This document shows positions 1 through 12,486 of a stretch of 64,000 nt of DNA, piece after piece (position 1 is the stretch's first letter; each line of letters begins with the position of its first letter). The notes under the pieces are model-generated. The model saw only the letters and a list, made by a program, of their open reading frames with translations. It did no database searches and had not been told where the DNA came from. Position numbers and translations under genes: made by a program. The stretch comes from the human T2T-CHM13v2.0 reference genome, Homo sapiens, in assembly GCF_009914755.1 (NCBI RefSeq), contig NC_060933.1; one strand, given 5' to 3'.

Positions 1-3000
1 GGTAGGGAATAGAATGGAATGGAACGAAATGGAATGGAATGGAATGGAATGGAATGGAATGGAATGGAATGGAATGGAATGGAATCAACCTGAGTGCAAT
101 GGAATGGAGTGGAAGGGAATGTAATGGAACGAAAACAACACGAATGGAATGGAATGTAATGGAGTGTAAGGGAATTGAATACAATCAATCCGAATGTAAT
201 GGAATGGAATGGAACGGAATGGAATGGAATGCAATGGAATGGAATGGAATGGAATGAAATGGAACGGCAGGGAATGGAATGGAATCAACCCGAGTGCAAT
301 GGAATGGAATGGAATGGAATGGAATGGAATGGAATGGATTCAACCCGAATGGAATGGAAAGGAATGGAATAAACCCGAGTGGAATGGCATGGAATGGAAA
401 GGAATGGAGTGGAATGGAATGGTACGGAATAGAATGGAATGGAACGAAATGGAATGGAATGGAATGGAATGGAATGGAATGGAATGGAATGGAATCAACC
501 TGAGTGCAATGGAATGGAATGGAATGGAATGGAATGGAATGGAAACAACCCGAATGGAATGGAATGTAAAGGAGTGTAAGGAATTGAATACAATCAATCC
601 GAATGTAATGGAATGGAATGGAACAGAATGGAATGGAATGGAATGCAGTGGAATGGAATCAAACCTAGTGCAATGGAATGGAATGGAATGGAATGGAATG
701 GAATGGATTGGATTCAACCCAAATGGAATGGAAAGCAATAGAATCAACCCGAGTGGAATGGCATGGAATGGAATGGAATGGAATGGAATGGAATGGAATG
801 GTACGGAATAGAATGGAATGGAAAGAAATGGAATGGAATGGAATGGAATGTAACGGAATGGAATGGAATCAAATCGATTGCAATGGAATGTAATGGAATG
901 GAATGGAATTAACGCGAATATAATGGAATGGAATGGAATGGAACGGAATGGAATGGAATGGGATGGAATGGAATCAATCTGAGTGCAGGGGAATGGAATG
1001 GAATGGAATGCAATGGAATGGAATCTAATGGAATGGAATGCAATGGAATGGAATGGAATGGAATGGAATGCAATGGAATCAACTCGATTGCAATTGGATG
1101 GAAAGGAATGGAACGGAATGGAATGGAAGGGAATGGAATGGAATGGAATTAACCTGAACAGAATGGAATGGAATGGAATGGAACGGAATGGAATGGAATG
1201 GAATGGAATGGAATCAACCCGATTGCAATGGAATGGAGTGGAATGGAATGGAATGGAATGGAAACAACCCGAATGGAATGGAATGTAATGGAGTGTAAGG
1301 GAATTGAATAGAATCAATCCGAATGTAATGGAATGGAATGGAATCGAAAGGAATGGAATGGAATGGAATGGTTTTAACCCGAATGGAATGGAAAGGAATG
1401 GAATCATCCCGAGTGGAATGGAATGGAATGGAATGGAATGGAATGGAATGGAATGGAATGGAATTAACCCGTGTGCAATGGAATGGAATCGAATGGAATG
1501 GAATGGAATGGAATGGATTCAAGTCGAATGGAATGGAAAGGAATGGAATCAACCCGAGTGGAATGGCATGGAATGGAATGGAATGAAATGGAATGGAATG
1601 GAATGGAATGGTACGGAATAGAACGGAATGAAACGAAATGGAATGGAATGGAATGGAATGGAAAGGAATGGAATGGAATCAACCCGAGTGCAGGGGAATG
1701 GAATGGAATGGAAGGCAATGGAATGCAATCATCCAGAATTGAATGGAATGGAATGGAATGGAATGGAATCAACTCGATTGCAATGGAATGTAATGGAATG
1801 GAATGGAATGGTATTAACCCTAATAGAATGGAATGGAATGGAATGGAAGGGAATGGAATGGAATGGAATGGAATGGAATTAACCGGAATAGAATGCAATG
1901 GAATGGAATGGAATGGAATGGAATGGAATGGAATGGAATGAAATGGAATCAACTCGATTTCAATGGAATGGAATGGAATGCAATGGAATGGAATGGAATG
2001 GAATGAAATTAACCCGAATAGAATGGAATGGAATGGAATGGAATGGAATGGAATGGAATGGAATGGAATAGAGTGGAATGGAATGGAATGGAATAGAATG
2101 GAATCCACCCGAGTGCAGGGGAATGGAATGGAATGGAATGCAATGGAATGGAATCATACGGAATGGAATGGAATGGAATGGAATGGAATCAACCTGATTG
2201 CAATGGAATGGAGTGGAATGGAATGGAAACAACCCGAATGGAATGGAATGGCATGGAGTGTAAGGGAAGTGAATAGAATCAATACGAATGTAATGGAATG
2301 GAAAGGAACGGAATGGAATGCAATGGAATGGAATGGAATCCAATGGAATGGGTTCAACCCGAGTGCAATGGAATGGAATCGAAAGTAATGGAATGGAATG
2401 GAATGGATTCAACACCAATGGAATGGAAAGGAATGGAATCAACCCGAGTGGAATGGAATTTAATGGAATGGAATGGAATGGAATGCAGTGAAATGGAATC
2501 AAACCTAGTGCAATGGAATGGAATGGAATGGAATGGAATGGAATGGATTAGATTCAACCCAAATGGAATGGAAAGCAATGGAATCAACCCGAGTGGAATG
2601 GCATGGCATGGAATGGAATGGAATGGAATGGAATGGAAGGGTACGGAATAGAATGGAATGGAACGAAATGGAATGGAATGGAATGGAATGGAATGGAATG
2701 GAATGGAATAGAATGGAATCCACCCGATTGCAGGGGAATGGAATGGAATGGAATGCAATGGAATGGAATGGAATGGATTCAACCCGAATGGAATGGAAAG
2801 GAAAGGAATAAACCCGAGTGAAATGGCATGGAAGGGAATGGAATGGAATGCAATGGTACGGAGTAGAATGGAATGGAACGAAATGGAATGGAATGGAATG
2901 GAATGGAATGGAATTGGATGGAATGAACCCGTGAGCAATGGAATGGAATGGAATGGAATGGAATGGAATGGAATGGGTTCAACTCGAATGGAATGGAAAG

Positions 3001-6000
3001 GAATGGAATCAACCCGAGTGGAATGGCATGGAATGGAATGGAATGGAATGGAATGGAATGGAATGGAATGGATTCAACCCGAATGGAATGGATTCAACCC
3101 GAATGGAATGGAAAGGAATGGAATAAACCCGAGTGGAATGGCATGGAATGGAGTGGAATGGAATGGAATGGAAGGGAATGGTACGGAATAGAATGGAATG
3201 GAACGAAATGGAATGGAATGGAATGGAATGGAATGGAATGGAATGAACCCGTGTGCAATTGAATGGAATCGAATGGAATGGAATGCAATGGAATGGATTC
3301 AACTAGAATGGAATGGAAAGGAATGGAATCAACTCGAGTGGAATGGCATGGCATGGAATGGAATGGAATGGAATGGAATGGAATGGAAAGGTACGGAATA
3401 GAATGGAATGGAACGAAATGGAATGGAATGGAATGGAATGAATGGAATGGAATGGAATAGAATGGAATCCACCCGATTGCAGGGGAATGGAATGGAACGG
3501 AATGCAATGGAATGGAATGGAATGGATTCAACCCGAATGGAATGGAAAGGAATGGAATCAACCCGAGTGGAATGGCATGGAATGGAATGGAATGGAATGG
3601 AATGGAATGGTACGGAATAGAATGGAATGGAACGAAATGGAATGGAATGGAATGGAATGGAATGGAATGGAATGGAATCAACCTGAGTGCAATGGAATGG
3701 AGTGGAATGGAATGTAATGGAACGGAAACAACCCGAATGAAATGGAATGTAATGGAGTGTAAGGGAATTGAATACAATCAATCCGAATGTAATGGAATGG
3801 AATGGAACGGAACGGAATGGAATGGAATGGAATGGAATGGAATGGAATGGAATGAAATGGAATGGCAGGGAATGGAATGGAATCAACCCGAGTGCAAAGG
3901 AATGGAATGGAATGGAATGGAATGGAATGGAATGGAATGGATTCAACCCGAATGGAATGGAAAGGAATGTAATAAACCTGAGTGGAATGGCATGGAATGG
4001 AATGGAATGGAATGGAATGGTACGGAATAGAATGGAATGGAACGAAATGGAATGGAATGGAATGGAATGGAATGGAATCAACCTGAGTGCAATGGAATGG
4101 AGTAGAATGGAATGTAATGGAATGGAAACAACCCGAAAGGAATGGAAAGTAATGGAGTGTAAGGGAATTGAGTACAATCAGTACGAATGTAATGGAATGG
4201 AATGGAACGGAATGGAATGGAATGGAAAGGAATGGAATCAACACGAGTGCAGGGGAATGGAATGGAATGGAATGCAATGGAATGGAATCATCCTGAATGG
4301 AATGGAATGCAATGGAATGGAATCAATCAACCCGAGTGCAATAGAATGCAGAGGAATGGAATGGAATGGAATGGAAACTACCCGAATGGAATGGAATGTA
4401 ATGGAGTGTAAGGGAATTAAAAAGAATCAATCCGAATGTAATGGAATTGAACGGAAAGGAATGGAATGGAATGGAACGGAATGGAATGGAATGGAATGAA
4501 ATGGAATGGCATGGAATGGAATGGAATCAACCCGAGTTCAATGGAATGGAATGGAATGGAATGGAATAGAATGGAATGGAATGGAATGGAATGGATTCAA
4601 CCCGAATGGAATGGAAAGGAATGGAATAAACCCGAGTGAAATGGCATGGAAGGGAATGGAATGGAATGGAATGGTAAGGAATAGAATGGAATGGAACGAA
4701 ATGGAATGGAATGGAATGGAATGGAATGGAATGGAATGGAATGGAATGAACCCGTGTGCAAAGGAATGGAATGGAATGGAATGGAATGGATTGGAATGGA
4801 ATAGAATGGAATGGGTTCAACTGGAATGGAATGGAAAGGAATGGAATCAACCCGAGTGCAATGGAATGGAGTGGAATGGAATGGAATGGAATGGAATCAA
4901 CCCGAGTGCAATGGAATGGAATGGAATGGAATGGAATGGAATGGAATGGAATGAATTCAACCCGAATGGAATGGAAAGGAATGGAATAAACCCGAGTGGA
5001 ATGGCATGGAATGGAGTGGAATGGAATGGAATGGAATGGTACGGAAGAGAATGGAATGGAACGAAATGGAATGAAATGGAATAGAATGGAATGGAATGGA
5101 ATGGAATGGAATGAACCCGTGAGCAATGGAATGGAATCGAATGGAATGGAATCGAATGGAATGGATTCAACTCGAATGGAATGGAAAGTAATGGAATCAA
5201 CCCGAGTGGAATGGCATGGAATGGAATCGAATGGAATGGAAAGGAATGGAATCAACCCGAGTGCAGAGGAATGGAATGGAATGGAAGGCAATGGATTGGA
5301 ATGAAATGGAATGGCATGGAATGGAATGGAATCAACCCGAGTTCAATGGAATTGAATGGAATGGAATGGAATGGAATGGAATGGAATAAACTCGATTGCA
5401 AAGGAATGGAATGGAATGGAATGGAATGGAATGGAATGGAATGGAATGGAATTAACCCTAATAGAATGGAATGGAATGGAATAGAATGGAATGGAATGGA
5501 AGGGAATGGAATGGAATGGAATGGAATTAACCCGAATAGAATGGAATGGAATGGAATTGAATGGAATGGAATGGAATGGAATCAACTCGATTTCAATGGA
5601 ATGGAATGGAATGGAATGGAATGGAATCGAATGGAATCCACCCGAGTGCAGGGGAATGGAATGGAATAGAATGCAATGGAATGGAATCATACGGAATGGA
5701 ATGGAATGGAATGGAATGGAATGGAATGGAAAGGAATGGAAACAACCCGAATGGAATGGAATGTGATGGATTGTAAGGGAATTGAATAGAATCAATCCGA
5801 ATGTAATGGAATTGAATGGAACGGAATGGAATGGAATGGAATGGAATGGAATGGAATGCAAAGGAATGGGATCAACCCGAGTGCAATGGAATGGAATCGA
5901 AAGGAATGGAATGGAATGGAAAGGCTTCACCCCGAATGGAATGGAAAGGAATGGAATCAACCCGAGTTGAATGGAATGGAATGGAATGGAATGGAATGGA

Positions 6001-7100
6001 ATGGAATGGAATGGAATGGAATGCAATGGAATGGAACGGAATCGAATCAACCCGATTGCAATGAAACTGAATGGAATGGAATGGAATGGAATGGAATTAA
6101 CCCAAATAGAATGGAATGGAATGGAATGGAATGGTATGGAATGGAATGGAACGGAATGGAATGGAATGGAATTGAATGGAATCAACCCGGGTGCAGGGGA
6201 ATGCAATTGAATGGAAGGCAATGGAATGCAATCATCCGAAATGGAATGGAATTGAAAGGAATGGAATGGTTTCAACCCGAATGGAATGGAATGGAAAGGA
6301 ATCAACCCGAGTGGAATGGCATGGAATGGAATGGAATGGAATGGAATGGAATGGAATGGAATGGTATGGAATAGAATGGAATGGAACGAAATGGAATGGA
6401 AGGGAATGGAATGGAATGGAATGGAATCAACCCGACTGCAATGGAATGGAGTGGAATGGAATGGAATGGAATGGAAACAACCCGAATGGAATGGAATGTA
6501 ATGGAGTGTAAGGGAATTGAATACAATCAATACGAATGTAATGGAATGGAATGGAACGGAATGGAATGGAATGGAATGGAATGGAATGGAATGGAATGGA
6601 TTCAACCCAAATGGAATGGAAAGCAATGGAATCAACCCGAGTGGAATGGCATGGAACGGAATGGAATGGAATGGTATGGAATAGAATGGAATGGAAACAA
6701 ATGGAATGGAATGGAATGGAATGGAACGGAATGGAATGGAAAGGAATGGAATGGAATGGAATGGAATAGAATGGAATGGAACGAAATGGAATGGAATGGA
6801 ACGGAATGGAATGGAATCAATCCGAGTGGAATAGAAGGGAATGCAATCGAGTAGAATGGAAAGGAATGGAATCAACCAGAGTGGAATGGAAGGGAATGGA
6901 ATGGAATGGAATGGAATGGAATGGAATGGAATGGAATCAAGTCGATTGCAATGGAATGTAATGGAATGGAGTGGAATGGAATTAACGCGAATAGAATGGA
7001 ATGGAATGGAATGGAATGGAATGGAATCAACCTGAGTGCAGGGGAATGGAGTGCAATGGAATGCAATGGAATGCAAAGGAATGGAATGGAATGGAATGGA
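1..7100 (+). repeat. HSat3 dialect A block (recurs at ~12483-17443, ~22821-27776, ~33144-38109)
   Basis: Rich in GGATTCAACCCGAAT, TAAACCCGAGT, TGAACCCGTG, GGTACGGAATAGAAT...GGAACGAAAT and GGAAACAACCCG. It lacks TCTTCCGG, CAACTTGAAT and GAGAGTAAGGGAGTTG. The boundary is approximate (about +/-150 bp). Confidence 0.8.
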
Positions 7101-10100
7101 ATCAACGCGAGTACAGGGGAATGGAATTTAATGGAATGCAATGGAATGGAATCTTCCGGAATGGAATGGAATGGAATGGAATCAACCCGAGTGCAATGGA
7201 ATGGAGAGGAATGGAATGGAATGGAATGGAACAACCCGAATGGAATCGAATGTAATGGAGAGTAAGGGAGTTGAATAGAATCAATCCGAATGTAATGGAA
7301 TGGAATGGAACGGAATGGAATTGAATGGTATCGAATGGAATGCAATGGAATGGAATCAACCCGAGTGCAATGGAATGGAGAGGAATGGAATGGAATGGAA
7401 TGGAAACTACCCGAATGGAATGGAATGTAATGGAGTGTAAGGGAATTGAATAGAATCAATCCGAATGTAATGGAATGGAATGGAACGGAATGGAATGGAA
7501 TGGAATGGAATGGAATGGAATGGAATGGAATGGAATACAATGGAATGGAATCAACCCGAGTGCAATCGAATGGAATGGAATGGAATGGAATGCAATGGAA
7601 TGGATTCAACTTGAATGGAATGGAAAGAATGGAATCAATACGAGTGGAATGGCATGGATTGGAATGGAATGGAATGGAATCAACCCGAGTACAGGGGAAT
7701 GGAATGGAATGGAATGCAATGGAATGGAATCATCCGTAATGTAATGGAAAGGAATGGAATGGAATGGAATGGAATGGAATGGAATGGAATGGAATCAACT
7801 CGATAGCAATCGAATGGAATGGAATGGAATTAACCCAAATAGAATGGAATGGAATGGAATGGAACGGAACGGAATGGAATGCAATGGAATGGAATAGAAT
7901 GGAATGGAACGGAACGGAATGGAATGGAATGGAATGGAATGGAATGGAATGGAATCAACGCGAGTGCAGGGAAATGGAATTGTATGGAATGCAATGGAAT
8001 GGAACCTTCCGGAATGGAATGGAATGGAATGGAATGGCATGAAATGCAATGGATTCAACTCGATTGCAATGGAATGGAATAGAATGGAATGGAATGGAAT
8101 GGAATGGAATTAACCCGAATAGAATGGAATGGAATGGAATGGAACGGAATGGAACGGAATGGAATGGAATGGAATGGAATGGAATGGTATGGAATGGAAT
8201 GGAATGGAATCAACCCGAGTGCAATGGAATGGAGTGGAATGGAATGGAATGGAATGGAACAACCCGAATGGAATGGAATGTAATGGAGAGTAAGGGAGTT
8301 GAATAGAATCAGTCCGAATGTAATGGAATGGAATGCAACGGAATGGAATGGAATGGAATGGAATGGAATGGAATGGAATGGAATGGAATCAACCCGAGTA
8401 CAATGGAATGGAATGGAATGGAATGGAATGGAATGGAATGGAATTGAATGGAATGGAATGCCTTCAAACCGAATGGAATGGAAAGGAATGGAATCAACAA
8501 GAGTGGAATGGAATGGAATGGAATGGAATGGAATGGAATGGTACGGAATAGAATGGAATGGAACGAAATGGAATGGAATGGAATGGAATGGAATGGAATG
8601 GAATGGAATGGAATGGAATGGAATCGATCCGAGTGGAATAGGAGGGAATGTATTCGATTGGAATGGAAAGGAATGGAATCAACCAGAGTGGAATGGAAGG
8701 GAATGGAATGGAATGGAAACTAATAGAATGGAATCAACCCGAGTGGAATGGAATGGAAAGGACTGGAATGGAATGGAATGGAATGGAATGGAATGGAATG
8801 GAATCAACTCGATTGTAATAGAATGGAATGGAATGGAATGGAATGGCATGGAATGGAATTAACCCGAATAAAATGGAATGGAATGGAATGGAACGGAATG
8901 GAGTGGAATGGAATGGAATCAACCCGAGTGCAGGGGAATGGAATGGAATGGAATGCAATGGAATGGAATCATCCGGAATGGAATGGAATGGAATGGAATG
9001 CAAAGCAATTGAATCAACTCGATTGCAATGGAATGGAATGGAATGGAAAGGAATAGAATGGAATCAACCCGAGTGGAATGGAATGGAAAGGACTGGAATG
9101 GAGTGGAATGGAATGGAATGGAATGGAATGCAATCAACTCGATTGGAATGGAATGGAATGGAATGGAATGGAATGGAATGGAATGGAATCAACTCGATTG
9201 CAATCGAATGGAATGGAATGGAATTAACCCGAATAGAATGGAATGGAATGGAATGGAACGGAACGGAACGGAATGGAATGGAATGGAATGGAATGGAATG
9301 GAATCAACTCGAGTGCAGGGGAATGGATTGGAATGGAATGCAATGGAATGGAATCTTCCGGAATGGAGTGGAAAGGAATGGAATGGAATGAAATGCAATG
9401 GGTTCAACTCGATTGCAATGGAATGGAATAGAATGGAATGGAATGGAATGGAATGGAATTAATTCGAATAGAATGGAATGGAATGTAATGGAACGGAATG
9501 GAACGGAATGGAATGGAATGGAATGGAATGGTATGGAACGGAATGGAATGGTACGGAATAGAATGGAATGGAACGAATTGTAATGGAATGGAATTGAATG
9601 GAATGGAATGGAATGGAATGGAATCAACGCGAGTGCAGGGGAATGTAATGGAACGGAATGCAATGGAATGGAATCATCCGCAATGGAATGGAATGGAATG
9701 GAATGGAATGGAATGGAATCAACCCAAGTGCAATGGAATGGAGTGGAATGGAATGGAATGGAATGGAACAACCCGAATGGAATGGAATGTAATGGAGAGT
9801 AAGGGAGTTGAATAGAATCAATCCGAATGTAATGGAATGGAATGCAACGGAATGGAATGGAATGGAATGGAATGGAATGCAATGGGATTGAATCAACCCG
9901 AGTACAATGGAATGGAATGGAATCGAATGGAATGGAAGGGAATGGAATGGAATGGAATGATACGGAATAGAATGGAATGGAACGAAATGGAATGGAATGG
10001 AATGGAATGGAATGGAATGGAATGGAATGGAATGGAATGGAATCGTTCCGAGTGGAATAGGAGGGAATGTATTCGAGTGGAATGGAAAGGAATGGAATCA

Positions 10101-12482
10101 ACCAGAGTGGAATGGAAGGGAATGGAATGGAATGGAAACTAATAGAATGGAATCAACCCGAGAGGAATGGAATGGAAAAGACTGGAATGGAATGGAATGG
10201 AATGGAATCAACTCGATTGTAATGGAATGGAATGGAATGGAATGGAATTAACCCGAATAGAATGGAATTGAATGGAATGGAATGGAATGGAACGAAAAGG
10301 AAGGGAATCGAATGGAATAGAATGGAATGGAATGGAATCAACGCGAGTCCAGGGGAATGGAATGGAATGGAATGCAATGGAATGGAATCTTCCGGAATGG
10401 AATGGAATGGAATGGAATGGAATGGAATGGAATGGAATCAACCCGAGTGCAATGGAATGGAGTCGAATGGAATGGAATGGAATGGAATGGAACAACCCGA
10501 ATGGAATGGAATGTAATGGATAGTAAGGGAGTTGAATAGAATGAATCCGAATGTAATGGAATGGAATGGAACGGAATGGAATTGAATGGAATGGAATGGA
10601 ATGCAATGGAATGGAATCAACCCGAGTTCAATGGAATGGAGACGAATGGAATGGAATGGAATGGAAACTACCCGAATGGAATGGAATGTAATGGAGTGTA
10701 AGGGAATTGAATAGCATCAATCCGAATGTAATGGAATGGAATGGAACGGAATGGAATGGAATGGAATGGAATGGAATAGAATGCAATGGAATGGAATCAA
10801 CCCGAGTGCAATCGAATGGAATCGAATGGAATGGAATGCAATGGAATGGATTCAACTTGAATGGAAGGGAAAGAATGGAATCAACACGAGTGGAATGGCA
10901 TGGATTGGAATGGAATGGAATGGAATCAACCCGAGTACAGGGGAATGGAACGGAATGGAATGCAATGGAATGGAATCATCCGTAATGGAATGGAAAGGAA
11001 TAGAATGGAATGGAATGGAATGGAATGGAATCAACTCGATTGCAATCGAATGGAATGGAATGGAATTAACCCGAATAGAATGGAATTGAATGGAATGGAA
11101 CGGAACGGAATGGAATGGAATGGAATGGAATGAAATGGAATGGAACGGAAAGGAAGGGAATGGAATGGAATAGAATGGAATGGAATGGAATCAACGCGAG
11201 TGCAGGGGAATGGAATGGAATGGAATGCAGTGGAATGGAATCTTCCGGAACGGAATGGAATGGAATGGAATGGAATTTAATGGAATAGAATGGAATCAAC
11301 CCGAGTGCAATGGAATGGAGTGGAATGGAATGGAATGGAATGGAACAACCCGATGGAATGGAATGTAATGGAGAGTAAGGGAGTTGAATAGAATCAATCC
11401 GAATGTAATGGAATGGAATGGAACGGAATGGAATTGACTGGAATGGAATGGAATGCAATGGAATGGAATCAACCCGAGTGCAATGGAATGGAGAGGAATG
11501 GAATGGAATGGAATGGAAACTACCCGAATGGAATGGAATGTAATGGAGTGTAAGGGAATTGAATAGAATCAATCCGAATGTAATGGAATGGAATGGAATG
11601 GAATGGAATGGAATGGAATGGAATGCAATGGAATGGAATGGAATGCAATGGAATGGAATCAACCCGAGTGCAATCGAATGGAATCGAATGGAATGGAATG
11701 CAATGGAATGGATTCAACTTGAATGGAATGGAAAGAATGGAATCAACACGAGTGGAATGGCATGGATTGGAATGAAATGGAATGGAATCAACCCGAGTAC
11801 AGGGGAATGAAATGGAATGGAATGCAATGGAATGGAATCATCCGTAATGGAATGGAAAGGAATGGAATGGAATGGAATGGAATGGAATGGAATGGAATGG
11901 AATGGAATGGAATGGAATCAACTCGATTGCAATCGAATGGAATGGAATGGAATTAACCCGAATAGAATGGAATGGAATGGAATGGAACGGAACGGAATGG
12001 AATGGAATGGAATGGAATGGAATGGAATGGAATGGAACGGAACGGAATGGAATGGAATTGAATGGAATGGAATGGAATCAACGCGAGTGCAGGGGAATGG
12101 AATGGAATGGAATGCAATGGAATGGAATCTTCCGGAATGGAATGGAATGGAATGGAATGGAATGGAATGGAATGGAATCAACCCGAGTGCAATGGAATGG
12201 AGTGGAATGGAATGGAATGGAATGGAACAACCCGAATGGAATGGAATATAATGGAGAGTAAGGGAGTTGAATAGAATCAATCCGAATGTAATGGAATGGA
12301 ATGGAACGGAATGGAATTGAATGGAATGGAATGGAATGCAATGGAATGGAATCAACCCGAGTGCAATGGAATGGAGAGGAATGGAATGGAATGGAATGGA
12401 ACTGAATGGAATGGAATGGAATGGAATCACCTCGAGTGCAGGGGAATGGAATGGAATGGAATGCAATGGAATGGAATCTTCC
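2160..12482 (+). repeat. ~10.3-kb higher-order repeat, copy 1 (10,323 bp)
   Basis: Rare landmarks recur collinearly: CAACCTGATTGC at 2190/12513/22851/33174 and GAATTC at 4953/15286/25624/35957. The ORF track repeats identical translations (2298, 12621, 22959, 33282). Confidence 0.95.
7101..12482 (+). repeat. HSat3 dialect B block (recurs at ~17444-22820, ~27777-33143, ~38110-64000)
   Basis: Diagnostic words are TCTTCCGG, CAACGCGAGT, GGAACAACCCG (1-bp shorter form), GAGAGTAAGGGAGTTG, TTCAACTTGAAT...GGAAAGAATGG and CATCCGTAAT. Confidence 0.8.
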
Positions 12483-12486
12483 GGAA
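7149..12486. promoter_or_regulatory. Cluster of 7 consensus heat-shock elements (GAAnnTTCnnGAA) per HOR unit; putative HSF1 sites
   Basis: GAATCTTCCGGAA or GAACCTTCCGGAA starts at 7149, 8002, 9351, 10385, 11238, 12125 and 12474, and the set is repeated in copies 2-4. The motif match is directly visible; binding is inferred. Confidence 0.6.

Noticed and set aside
2545-2555. GGATTAGATTC (once per HOR copy) as a DUX4-like double-homeobox site
   Set aside because: It mismatches the TGATTAGATTA-type consensus at both ends. It is a single-base variant of GGATTGGATTC seen at ~705.
5343-7076. Long ORFs (577 aa here, 510 aa at 36347-37879, and hundreds more) as protein-coding genes
   Set aside because: GGAAT/ATTCC pentamers contain no stop codon in any frame. 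The ORFs overlap in all six frames, are low-complexity, and change between HOR copies with pentamer indels.
1-7100. Assignment to DYZ1/Yq12, 9q12 or a specific acrocentric array
   Set aside because: This cannot be supported by eye. It needs alignment or subfamily k-mer classification against a T2T assembly.
8620-8660. Most divergent stretch (ATCGATCCGAGTGGAATAGGAGGGAATGTATTCG) as an inserted foreign element or Shine-Dalgarno site
   Set aside because: It stays in pentamer register, recurs as a regular module (~10045, 44052, 47864, 49382, 53162, 58627) and has no target-site duplication. It is diverged satellite.
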